A stretch of 61,892 nucleotides of DNA from a virus (IMGVR_UViG_3300037961_003161:1-61892); one strand, 5' to 3'; shown: positions 8,294 to 16,063, counted from the stretch's first letter. A program made the numbers and translations. The notes: a model not told the origin generated them from the sequence alone.

Positions 8294-8527
8294 TTAATCT
8301 CCTAGTTCTATTAATTGGTTAATATAATCTTTTCTGTACTGCGCGTTATGTGGTGCGTTCTCGTTCCAGAATATACATCTGTCACTTGTTTTAGCAAACA
8401 TTGCTTTAAGCTCATCTTGTATAAACTGATAGTGAGTTCTGCCTTGTTGCCACGCTCTGTGGTCATCACTCATGTTGTGAAAGTGGTCGTGTACTTGTAT
8501 TTCCTGTGCTAATTCTTCTCTTGACAT
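8294..8527 (-). CDS. Hypothetical protein
   Basis: HD.F..MSDD.R.W..G motif. Confidence 0.7.
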   Translation of the reverse strand: MSREELAQEIQVHDHFHNMSDDHRAWQQGRTHYQFIQDELKAMFAKTSDRCIFWNENAPHNAQYRKDYINQLIELGD

Positions 8528-8528
8528 A

Positions 8529-8618
8529 TTAGTATTTTTTACCGTTAATAATTCTGTGTGAGTTTACTCTTTGTTGTCTCACTTGTCTTTTTACTTTAAT
8601 AGTTCTAAATGTTGACAT
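8529..8618 (-). CDS. 29-aa basic microprotein
   Basis: MSTFRTIKVKRQVRQQRVNSHRIINGKKY; fills the gap exactly. Confidence 0.5.
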   Translation of the reverse strand: MSTFRTIKVKRQVRQQRVNSHRIINGKKY

Positions 8619-8621
8619 ATC

Positions 8622-8825
8622 TTACTTATTTATTCTGTTATATAATTCTTCTATTACAAAGGCAAACATTTCTTCTTTCTCATCAAAGAATTTATTGTCT
8701 GACTCTTCATAGTCTCCGTACTCGTACATGTAATCTACTAGTACTTCATCTATTTTATCTATTATAGTATCGACTGTTTCATCTACTACTTTATTTATAA
8801 TTTTCTGAGGTGTTAATTTTGACAT
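8622..8825 (-). CDS. Hypothetical acidic protein
   Basis: Packed ORF. Confidence 0.65.
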   Translation of the reverse strand: MSKLTPQKIINKVVDETVDTIIDKIDEVLVDYMYEYGDYEESDNKFFDEKEEMFAFVIEELYNRINK

Positions 8826-8829
8826 AGTA

Positions 8830-9054
8830 TTATCTTCTTTGAGTATAGTTTAAATCTTTATTTAGTGTGTGCAAGTCAAAGTTGTGAGATTTGAGTGCAT
8901 TGTAATTTATATAACAATAACCTTTGTGGTTAAACTGGTCAGACAGTGATATTTCTTCGTAATACTTAGGCAGTTGGTGTAACTGAAATGGTATATATTT
9001 AGTATTGTTGATAGTAATAATATTAGTTGACGAGTCGATTTTTAAAGTTCGCAT
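8830..9054 (-). CDS. Hypothetical protein
   Basis: ORF directly after an early promoter. Confidence 0.65.
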   Translation of the reverse strand: MRTLKIDSSTNIITINNTKYIPFQLHQLPKYYEEISLSDQFNHKGYCYINYNALKSHNFDLHTLNKDLNYTQRR

Positions 9055-9077
9055 AGTATATAATTTATTTGTTACAG

Positions 9078-9112
9078 TTATATTATCTGTAGGTGATTTA
9101 ATTTAATTTGTG
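9078..9112 (-). promoter_or_regulatory. Early promoter copy (CACAAA-N18-AGATAATATA)
   Basis: Bipartite motif, 18-nt spacer. Confidence 0.8.
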
Positions 9113-9436
9113 TTAGTATATTTCTTCTATTTGTAATTCAGAAGTAATACTGTTATTTGTTACATAGAAGCTCCACTCGTCTGTAAATTCTACTAATGGT
9201 ATAGATATTTTGTTACTTGACATTAGAGTATCGCCTTGGTAGTTAACACCGTAGAATTTGTAGTCACAAGATATACTTTCTACTTGAGGCAAAGAACCTA
9301 CATTTACTAAGTATATTTCTTCTGCCTGAGTATTAATTTTCAAGTGTGGATTAAGTGACGTTGGGTAATATACTTCCTCTTTAGTGCATGAGGTCATACC
9401 TAGTATGACACTCACACCTAATAATATTTTCTTCAT
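9113..9436 (-). CDS. Putative lipoprotein
   Basis: MKKILLGVSVILGMTSC signal peptide with lipobox. Confidence 0.7.
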   Translation of the reverse strand: MKKILLGVSVILGMTSCTKEEVYYPTSLNPHLKINTQAEEIYLVNVGSLPQVESISCDYKFYGVNYQGDTLMSSNKISIPLVEFTDEWSFYVTNNSITSELQIEEIY

Positions 9437-9438
9437 GA

Positions 9439-9678
9439 TTACTCAGTAATTTCAGATAAGTTACGAGCGAAGGCAGGCACCGCATTACTATTTGTATAGT
9501 TACCATATTGTTGGAAGCAAGGCATTGACTCAAATCTTTCTTGGAATGTAGAGTAGATTTCATCATGGTTATACTTGTAAGTTATACCTTTTTTGTTAGT
9601 AAAAGTGATTGTAGTATTAGTGCCAATTAGAGTTTTTCTAATAACAAATCTTTTAGTAGTTAAAGTGTTAGTTGACAT
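9439..9678 (-). CDS. Hypothetical early protein, paralog A
   Basis: Clearly homologous to 10102..10335 (TLTTKRFV.RK.LIG.NT.ITFTNKK...YGNYTNSN..P..AR). Confidence 0.8.
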   Translation of the reverse strand: MSTNTLTTKRFVIRKTLIGTNTTITFTNKKGITYKYNHDEIYSTFQERFESMPCFQQYGNYTNSNAVPAFARNLSEITE

Positions 9679-9716
9679 AGTATTTAATTTAAGTTAATTA
9701 TTTATTTTAGTTACAG

Positions 9717-9751
9717 TTTTAATATCTTTTAGTGAACTGTTTTATTTTGTG
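9717..9751 (-). promoter_or_regulatory. Early promoter copy (CACAAA-N18-AGATATTAAA)
   Basis: Bipartite motif, 18-nt spacer. Confidence 0.8.
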
Positions 9752-9844
9752 TAAAGTATATGTTTTGTTTAGTGAATAATTATAGTTGTAGAGTACTGCA
9801 CTATTTCTCTTTGTTCACAAGTACAATTATAATTAGTACAAAGT

Positions 9845-9890
9845 GTGACACAAGGTAGTTAAGTAAAGTATAGTAGTAGGCTCTTGTCAC
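9845..9890. repeat. Dyad element copy 2, GTGACA-N34-TGTCAC
   Basis: Same arms and AT-rich core as 3019 and 10572. Confidence 0.7.
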
Positions 9891-9964
9891 TATTTTTTGA
9901 CAGGTAATAGACCTTTTACTTTCATTACTTCATATTTTACTTTTAATGATTGAAATGTAGACAT
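9890..9964 (-). CDS. 24-aa basic microprotein
   Basis: MSTFQSLKVKYEVMKVKGLLPVKK; directly after an early promoter; shares MSTF...KVK with 8529..8618. Confidence 0.5.
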   Translation of the reverse strand: MSTFQSLKVKYEVMKVKGLLPVKK

Positions 9965-9989
9965 AGTATTATATTTTATTTGGTTACAG

Positions 9990-10024
9990 TTTTAATATCT
10001 GTAGGTGGACTAAATGAATTTGTG
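9990..10024 (-). promoter_or_regulatory. Early promoter copy (CACAAA-N18-AGATATTAAA)
   Basis: Bipartite motif, 18-nt spacer. Confidence 0.8.
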
Positions 10025-10026
10025 TT

Positions 10027-10077
10027 GGTGGCGAGTGCTATACACGTCGTGCTATACACGCCTTCGGCGTTGCCGCC
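10027..10077. repeat. GC-rich element with 12-bp direct repeat and hairpin
   Basis: GTGCTATACACG at 10035 and 10049; ACGCC-TTC-GGCGT hairpin at 10058-10070. Confidence 0.6.
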
Positions 10078-10101
10078 TCAGCGCGTTGCATTTAGTAGAG
10101 A

Positions 10102-10335
10102 TTATTTAGTCTCTACTTGGTGCTCTCTTGCCCATGTTGGTAAGTTGTTACTGTTAGTATAGTTACCGTACTTGTGCCAGCACTCCATGTTATTTAGTCT
10201 TTCTTGATTGACAGAGTATACTGCGTCGTGGTCGTAAGTATAAGTTTCATTTTTCTTGTTAGTGAATGTAATGATAGTGTTGTTACCTATTAGTGACTTT
10301 CTCATTACAAATCTTTTAGTAGTTAATGTTGACAT
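10102..10335 (-). CDS. Hypothetical early protein, paralog B
   Basis: Homologous to 9439..9678. Confidence 0.8.
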   Translation of the reverse strand: MSTLTTKRFVMRKSLIGNNTIITFTNKKNETYTYDHDAVYSVNQERLNNMECWHKYGNYTNSNNLPTWAREHQVETK

Positions 10336-10367
10336 GTTATTAAAATTTAATTAGTTATTGTTTACAT

Positions 10368-10402
10368 TTATATTATCTGTTGTAAGACTTATTAAGTTTG
10401 TG
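10368..10402 (-). promoter_or_regulatory. Early promoter copy (CACAAA-N18-AGATAATATA)
   Basis: Bipartite motif, 18-nt spacer. Confidence 0.8.
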
Positions 10403-10435
10403 TGTTACAGTAGTTACTTAATAAATAACTTACAA

Positions 10436-10470
10436 ATATAATATCTGAAAACTTTCGAGGTAAATTTGTG
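10436..10470 (-). promoter_or_regulatory. Early promoter copy (CACAAA-N18-AGATATTATA)
   Basis: Bipartite motif, 18-nt spacer; first of the tandem pair at the strand switch. Confidence 0.8.
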
Positions 10471-10571
10471 TAAAAGGGCCCCGTGGGGCTAAATAAATTG
10501 ATTTTTGTAACGTGCTGGCTATCAGGTAGTTAGGGGGCTACACTATAACCCTATATTTATAACGCTAAATA

Positions 10572-10616
10572 GTGACATTAGCCTATTAAGATTATATAAT
10601 AACAAGCTATTGTCAC
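10572..10616. repeat. Dyad element copy 3, GTGACA-N33-TGTCAC
   Basis: Left arm GTGACATTAGCC identical to copy 1. Confidence 0.8.
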
Positions 10617-10640
10617 ACTTTTAATATACTTTCGATGCGA

Positions 10641-10651
10641 GTAATAATATA
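10641..10651 (+). promoter_or_regulatory. Putative late promoter box GTAATAATATA
   Basis: Identical to box at 13093; at head of plus-strand arm, 3 nt before ATG. Confidence 0.6.
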
Positions 10652-10654
10652 CTC

Positions 10655-11017
10655 ATGGCATATATACAGAAAAATAATCCTTTTCCTATCACTGCTTGTG
10701 GTAGACGTAGAGCTGGTGGTATTGGCCGTGGTTTTGAGATGGACGAGCCTAGCAGCTTTAAAAAGCTACGTAAAACTACTAAAGGTAAAGGCCGTCATTT
10801 TTTATCTGCAAAAGAAGGTGCAGGTATGACTGCTGCCGGTAGAGCCGCATATAATAGAGAAACAGGTGGTAACTTAAAAGCACCTCAACCTGGCGGTGGT
10901 AAACGTAAAAGATCATATTGTGCTAGATCTGCCGGTCAAATGAAAATGCACAATATAAATTGCAAAAAAACACCTGAAAAAAGAATATGCGCAGCAAGAC
11001 GCAGATGGAAGTGCTAA
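10655..11017 (+). CDS. Basic protein (DUF6321-like)
   Basis: GMTAAGRAAYNRETGGNLKAP...KRKRSYCARS...RRRWKC. Confidence 0.75.
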   Translation: MAYIQKNNPFPITACGRRRAGGIGRGFEMDEPSSFKKLRKTTKGKGRHFLSAKEGAGMTAAGRAAYNRETGGNLKAPQPGGGKRKRSYCARSAGQMKMHNINCKKTPEKRICAARRRWKC

Positions 11018-11029
11018 TAAAACAAAGAC

Positions 11030-11278
11030 ATGGCTTTTAAATTAAAAAACGAAGAAATAAAAAAAATAGTAGGTCAATTAAAAAACTCTGCTACAATGCA
11101 TGCTAAACAAGCTAAAAAGCTAGAAAGTGGTATGAAACTAAAATCACCTATGAAAGGTAAGATTAGCGAGCCCTGCAAAAGAGCTGCAAAACGTAAATTT
11201 AAAGTATGGCCTTCGGCTTATGCTTCTGGTTGGGGCGTAAGATGTACACGTAATCCTAGAAAATATTTAAAAAGATAA
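11030..11278 (+). CDS. Small basic protein
   Basis: MAFKLK leader, SPMK, KFKVWPSAYASGW motif. Confidence 0.75.
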   Translation: MAFKLKNEEIKKIVGQLKNSATMHAKQAKKLESGMKLKSPMKGKISEPCKRAAKRKFKVWPSAYASGWGVRCTRNPRKYLKR

Positions 11279-11826
11279 TGTTTGAAGACTTTGACATAAA
11301 AAAGTATTTAGACAAAAAGCCGCCAAGTGATAATTCGTTTACTACGATGCAAGAAATAAAGCAGCTTAACAAAATTCCTATTAATGTTAAGTTTGTAAAA
11401 GAAAAAGATGATATTAATGCATCGTTTAAAAAGCTTATAGACGAAAAAAAGCTAGATGTGCCAAAAAACATGATCGATAATCTTATAAAAGATTCTGCCC
11501 CGATCATAATGAAAATAAAAAAACATCACAATAGGCCAAGACCTAAAGTTTTAGCTAAAAAATTAAATATTAAATTTGATGATAAAGAGCTAGATTCAAT
11601 GAAAACGCCGTCATATCCATCAGGGCACTCTGCTCAAGGCGTAATGATAGCTGAAATATTATCTGATATGCATCCAAAACACGCTAAAGCGTTTAGAAAA
11701 ATAGGTAAAGACATATCTTATAGTAGAAACGTAGCTCACGCGCACTACAAATCAGACAGTAAATTCGGCGAACAGCTAGGAAAAGACATGTATAAGCACT
11801 TAAAAAGCAAAAAAAATGAAAGTTAA
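11278..11826 (+). CDS. PAP2/haloperoxidase-superfamily acid phosphatase
   Basis: K....RPRP, PSYPSGH, SR.....HY.SD motifs. Confidence 0.85.
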   Translation: MFEDFDIKKYLDKKPPSDNSFTTMQEIKQLNKIPINVKFVKEKDDINASFKKLIDEKKLDVPKNMIDNLIKDSAPIIMKIKKHHNRPRPKVLAKKLNIKFDDKELDSMKTPSYPSGHSAQGVMIAEILSDMHPKHAKAFRKIGKDISYSRNVAHAHYKSDSKFGEQLGKDMYKHLKSKKNES

Positions 11827-12094
11827 AAACTCTACATTCACAGGTTCGCCAAATAAAAAGAAAATGGGTGAGTTTAAGCACTCAGACGCGCCTGATGCTA
11901 AAGGTAAATTTAAGAGTTTATCAGCTTCTGCACTAGCTAGCTGGCTAATTAAGTCAAGAAAAGGTAATTTATCGCGAATTATTAGTAGTTTAAACCAACA
12001 AGTGGTTTTTAACCGCAAAAAAAATCCTAGTTACGCAGCAAAAATGCGCAAAACTATGGATATTGTACGTAAAAGACTAGGTAAAAAGAAATAA
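11816..12094 (+). CDS. Small basic protein
   Basis: SPNKKK; HSDAPDAKGKF. Confidence 0.7.
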   Translation: MKVKNSTFTGSPNKKKMGEFKHSDAPDAKGKFKSLSASALASWLIKSRKGNLSRIISSLNQQVVFNRKKNPSYAAKMRKTMDIVRKRLGKKK

Positions 12095-12561
12095 TGGCAG
12101 AAAAAGCGTACAGAGGAGTTCTAAAAGCACGCATCGCTAAGATATATGGTGGTGATGTAACTATAGAAAAGTGTAGAAAGCTAAAATCTAGACCAGGTGC
12201 TACGCCTCGCGACAAACAGTTGTGCAATTGGTTTATAAACATGCAAACTAACAGGCCTTCGCCTAACAAAAAGCGCAAGGACCCAGTTGTAGGGACAGGT
12301 AAAAAACCTAAAGGTAGTGGCAGAAGGTTATATACAGACGAAAACCCAAAAGACACGGTAAGTATTAAGTTTGCTACTGTAGCTGACGCTAGAAAGACTA
12401 TAGCTAAAGTAATGAGGATTAAAAAGCCTTACGCTAGAAAAATACAAATACTAACTGTGTTAGAGCAAAGAGCTGAAGTTATGGGTAAAATGGAACAAGC
12501 AAGGCTTGCAAGAGCTGCTAAAAAGAAATTAAAAGCACAACATGTACAATCAACCAAATAA
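12094..12561 (+). CDS. Basic two-module protein
   Basis: Modules joined by SPNK; GTGKKPKGSGRRLYTDENPKDTV. Confidence 0.75.
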   Translation: MAEKAYRGVLKARIAKIYGGDVTIEKCRKLKSRPGATPRDKQLCNWFINMQTNRPSPNKKRKDPVVGTGKKPKGSGRRLYTDENPKDTVSIKFATVADARKTIAKVMRIKKPYARKIQILTVLEQRAEVMGKMEQARLARAAKKKLKAQHVQSTK

Positions 12562-12817
12562 TCCGTTTAAAAAAATTAAAGGTGGCGGCACTAAAAAAGT
12601 ATGCTTGCCTAAAGCTAAAGTTATGAGCATGTCTAAAGAAGAGCGTGAAAAAGTTGTTCGTGCTAAAAGATCTGCTGCTAGTAAAGGTAAATACAAAAGA
12701 TCTAGCAAGAGCTTTGTTAAAGGAGCTAGAAAAAAAGGTGCTACGCTTCGCGATTGGTTTCAAAAAGAAAACTGGGTGCAAGTAAATAACCCAAGTAAAA
12801 AATGCGGTGAATCATGA
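12542..12817 (+). CDS. Small basic protein (DUF5872-like)
   Basis: NNPFK; CLPKAK; LRDWF..ENWV. Confidence 0.7.
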   Translation: MYNQPNNPFKKIKGGGTKKVCLPKAKVMSMSKEEREKVVRAKRSAASKGKYKRSSKSFVKGARKKGATLRDWFQKENWVQVNNPSKKCGES

Positions 12818-13092
12818 GAAGAAGACGTATACACGGAAGACGTAGAAAAAGATCTTGCCCTATGAAAAAGCAAGAGTTATCTCCACAAGCGGCAGCAGAC
12901 AAAGCGGCTAGAGATTTAGCTTTTGCTAAAACTGATGATCGTAGAGAGAAAAAAGCAGAAAATCAAAGATTAAGACGCTCTGCAAAGAAGAAGGGTGTAA
13001 ATCTAGCTGGCAAAGACTACGACCATAGCAAAGGTAAATTTGTATCTGTCAAAGACAACCGCGGTGAGTATGGTAAAGGTACAAGAACATAA
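12814..13092 (+). CDS. Arg/Lys-rich protein with minimal HNH-like D.DH...NR motif
   Basis: MRRRRIHGRRRKR; GKDYDH...KDNRG. Confidence 0.65.
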   Translation: MRRRRIHGRRRKRSCPMKKQELSPQAAADKAARDLAFAKTDDRREKKAENQRLRRSAKKKGVNLAGKDYDHSKGKFVSVKDNRGEYGKGTRT

Positions 13093-13103
13093 GTAATAAT
13101 ATA
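13093..13103 (+). promoter_or_regulatory. Putative late promoter box GTAATAATATA
   Basis: Intergenic exact copy of the 10641 box. Confidence 0.6.
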
Positions 13104-13130
13104 AACATCGATAACTTAATATATTAAGAC

Positions 13131-13454
13131 ATGGCATTTAAAATGAAAGGTCCATCTCTAATGAAGATGGCAAAAGAAACGGGTTCAGCAATGAAAAATA
13201 AAGGCTTAGAAAAATTAGCAGCTGCAAACCCAGAGTTAACATATACTCCTAAAAAACTAAAGAAAACTCCTGTGCAGATGAAAAAAGCTGCTATGAAGTT
13301 AAAAGACGAAGCTATGAAGCTTAAAGAAAAGTCTGCAATGATGATGAAAAAAGCGGCAATGAAACTTAAGAAAGAAGAAGACGCTGCTATGAAGATGAAA
13401 AAAGAGGAGCCTATGAAAATGAAAAAGGCTGCTATGAAAATGAAGAAGAAGTAA
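13131..13454 (+). CDS. Met/Lys-rich repeat protein
   Basis: MAFKMKGPSL leader; tandem (A/P)MK(L/M)K repeats. Confidence 0.75.
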   Translation: MAFKMKGPSLMKMAKETGSAMKNKGLEKLAAANPELTYTPKKLKKTPVQMKKAAMKLKDEAMKLKEKSAMMMKKAAMKLKKEEDAAMKMKKEEPMKMKKAAMKMKKK

Positions 13455-13470
13455 TTCGGAAAGTCCGAAT
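13454..13470 (+). other. Intergenic hairpin
   Basis: ATTCGGA-AAG-TCCGAAT; no U-tract. Confidence 0.4.
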
Positions 13471-13499
13471 ACCACGTTATTAACCTAAAACCAATTATT

Positions 13500-13799
13500 A
13501 TGACGTATTTGTATTACAAACAAAGTAGTACGTGGACAGGTAGTCCACAAGTAGATGATAAAACCAAAACGCAATGGGAACACCTAGCCAATAAAGAAAA
13601 CTGGCGAATAACCCAACTGCCCAACGGTTACTATCAAACCGAAGTTTCTCACCCTAATGATGAAGACAAATGGTCAGACGTTACTAGAAGAGAAACCCTT
13701 GAAGGTGCTGAATCAGCGATTGACGGAAGTATAGAACACTTCAACAAAAAGCTAGAAGCAATCAAAGGACCGAAAGTAATAAAGACTTTTAAACAATAA
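13500..13799 (+). CDS. Conserved phage hypothetical protein
   Basis: WRITQLPNGYYQTE...W.DVTRRETLEGAE.AID. Confidence 0.75.
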   Translation: MTYLYYKQSSTWTGSPQVDDKTKTQWEHLANKENWRITQLPNGYYQTEVSHPNDEDKWSDVTRRETLEGAESAIDGSIEHFNKKLEAIKGPKVIKTFKQ

Positions 13800-13830
13800 A
13801 CTCAAACCTAATTAAATTAAATAAAATCAA

Positions 13831-15402
13831 ATGGAGTACAATAATCCTAGTCTCCTCATCAAAGAATTAAACTTTGGTGAGGACGCTAAATCTAAAATTA
13901 GTGCTGGTGTTGAAAAGCTTGCCAAAGCTGTTAAGTCAACTCTAGGCGCTTCCGGTAAATGTGTAATATATGAAGACGCTCGAGGCGTACCAGTTATAAC
14001 TAAAGACGGTGTAACTGTAGCTGAATCTGTAGTGCTTTACGATTCTGTAGAAAACTTAGGCGCAACGCTTATTAAAGAAGCTGCTAAGAATACAGTTAAA
14101 GAAGCTGGTGACGGAACAACTACAGCAACCGTTTTAGCTGAGTCTTTGCTAAATGAAGTTAACGATACAGATCTAGCAACTAACTCAATACGCGATGTCA
14201 AGCAAGGTGTTAATAAAGCTTTGTCTAACGTTAACGAATATTTAGATAGTATTAAAATAGATGTTGACGCTGACATGCTAACCAATGTAGCTACTATTAG
14301 CTGCAACAATGATAAAGAGCTAGGTTTAATTATAGCCGAGGCTTATAATACTGTAGGTAAAGACGGTGTAGTACTCATGGAGACTTCAGACACCGAAGAA
14401 ACATACGTAGAAGTAGTTGACGGCGTTCAACTGCAAGAGTGTGGTTTAACATCACCTCATTTTATAACTAACACTGATAAACAAAAAGCAGAGTTAGAAA
14501 ATCCTTTAGTTTTGATATGTATGTCAGAAATACCTAATGTACGTAAGATACAGAACGTTCTTGAGTATGCTATTAAAAACAATAGAGCATTATTAATAGT
14601 AGCACCGGTTGCTCAACAAGTCAAGTCTGCATTATTAATGAATAAGGTTAAAGGTAACATTAAGGTTAACATTATTGACTTGCCTGGCTTTGGGCCTACC
14701 AAAAAAGACACGTGTGAAGACCTTGCAATACTTACAGGCGCTACTGTCATGAACGAAGAGCTAGGTGATGATTTAGATGCAATAACTATAGATATGCTAG
14801 GTGAAGCAGAGCTTTCTGTTACAGATGACAAAACTACAGTTATTACAACTTTAGAGTTTGAAGGCAATGACTTAGAAGAAAGGATAGATCAAGTAGCAAA
14901 ACAAGTTGCAGATGAAAAAAATGGTTATATTAAAAAGAAGTTGGAACAAAGACTGTCTATGCTATCGGGTAGTGTTGGAATTATCCGTGTTGGGGCTGAT
15001 TCTAAAGTTGAACTTAAAGAGAAGCGGGATAGGGTGGAAGACGCGATATACGCTACAAAAGCTGCGCTAAAAGAAGGTATAGTACCTGGCGGTGGTATTG
15101 CTCTGCTTAATGCGTCTCAAAAAATTTCGACCGACTCCGTCGGTGAACAACTGCTTGTTAACGCAATACAAGCTCCTTTTAAAACTATAATGGATAACGC
15201 AGGACTTGGATCAGAAGCTGATCTTGGTGAAGGGCTAGGTATAGACGTGGTGACAGGTAGTTTAGTTAACATGGTAGACGCTGGTATCATTGACCCCGTG
15301 CTTGTAACTAAGTCAGCACTTAAAAATGCAGTAAGTGTTGTTATGACTATTGTGTCTGCAGACTGTATAATCTCAAATGCTAGAGCAGATGAAAGCAATT
15401 AA
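13831..15402 (+). CDS. groEL: Chaperonin GroEL (phage-encoded)
   Basis: ITKDGVTVA, AGDGTTTATVLA, GIVPGGG, GIIDP motifs; no GGM tail. Confidence 0.97.
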   Translation: MEYNNPSLLIKELNFGEDAKSKISAGVEKLAKAVKSTLGASGKCVIYEDARGVPVITKDGVTVAESVVLYDSVENLGATLIKEAAKNTVKEAGDGTTTATVLAESLLNEVNDTDLATNSIRDVKQGVNKALSNVNEYLDSIKIDVDADMLTNVATISCNNDKELGLIIAEAYNTVGKDGVVLMETSDTEETYVEVVDGVQLQECGLTSPHFITNTDKQKAELENPLVLICMSEIPNVRKIQNVLEYAIKNNRALLIVAPVAQQVKSALLMNKVKGNIKVNIIDLPGFGPTKKDTCEDLAILTGATVMNEELGDDLDAITIDMLGEAELSVTDDKTTVITTLEFEGNDLEERIDQVAKQVADEKNGYIKKKLEQRLSMLSGSVGIIRVGADSKVELKEKRDRVEDAIYATKAALKEGIVPGGGIALLNASQKISTDSVGEQLLVNAIQAPFKTIMDNAGLGSEADLGEGLGIDVVTGSLVNMVDAGIIDPVLVTKSALKNAVSVVMTIVSADCIISNARADESN

Positions 15403-15646
15403 TCACTATGTAGTCGTAGATAAAGTCAAGACTGAACCTAAAAAAGTTGCTGGCCTTATAATGACAGAAGACTTAGATGAAGATAATAGATATATAAAAG
15501 CAAACGTTATATCTACAGGTAATTTAGTAGAAGGAGTAAAAGACGGTGATGTTATACACTACGATAAACACGCTGGCCACGGCATACAATATAAAGATAA
15601 ACTTTATTTTGTTATTAAGGCAAGTGATATTGTACTAGTAGATTAA
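15389..15646 (+). CDS. groES: Co-chaperonin GroES
   Basis: MKAIN..VVV...GLIM...VISTG...VKDGDVI; overlaps groEL end. Confidence 0.88.
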   Translation: MKAINHYVVVDKVKTEPKKVAGLIMTEDLDEDNRYIKANVISTGNLVEGVKDGDVIHYDKHAGHGIQYKDKLYFVIKASDIVLVD

Positions 15647-15718
15647 ACATAAACCATTATCCACAAACTGTAAACATAAAATCTTTAAACAAATTTATTA
15701 ATTATTAAAAACAAAATT

Positions 15719-16036
15719 ATGAACTTATTAAAGTTTAAAAAAGTGGCATCTAGCGCGAACGACGCTAACATAGCTTATTTAGTTAATCCTGATAAAATAA
15801 AAGGGATTGTAACTGCAAGTACTACTACTGATATATTCTTAGCTCCAGCCGACGGAACAAACGACAATACTGTTGGTGACAAGATTGTTATTACTCACGG
15901 ATCAGGAGATGGAGAAGCTATTACAGATAAATTATTAGAGTTTGCTTATGGCAATAAGTCAAACGGTGGCGTTCCAGTTACTGTTGACGTTGACTTTTTC
16001 TCAGGAATCACAGATCTAGTTTTAACAGCTGTATAA
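15719..16036 (+). CDS. Hypothetical protein (paralog of next ORF)
   Basis: LLKFKK...YLVNPDKI. Confidence 0.7.
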   Translation: MNLLKFKKVASSANDANIAYLVNPDKIKGIVTASTTTDIFLAPADGTNDNTVGDKIVITHGSGDGEAITDKLLEFAYGNKSNGGVPVTVDVDFFSGITDLVLTAV

Positions 16037-16063
16037 TTATTAACTTATAAAAAAAATAAAAAA

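Noticed and set aside
5947-10470. CRISPR array, or plus-strand Bacteroidota TAnnTTTG promoters, as the explanation of the repeats
   Set aside because: Repeats are dispersed and bipartite with genes between them; only two of seven match TAnnTTTG, and they would point away from the adjacent genes
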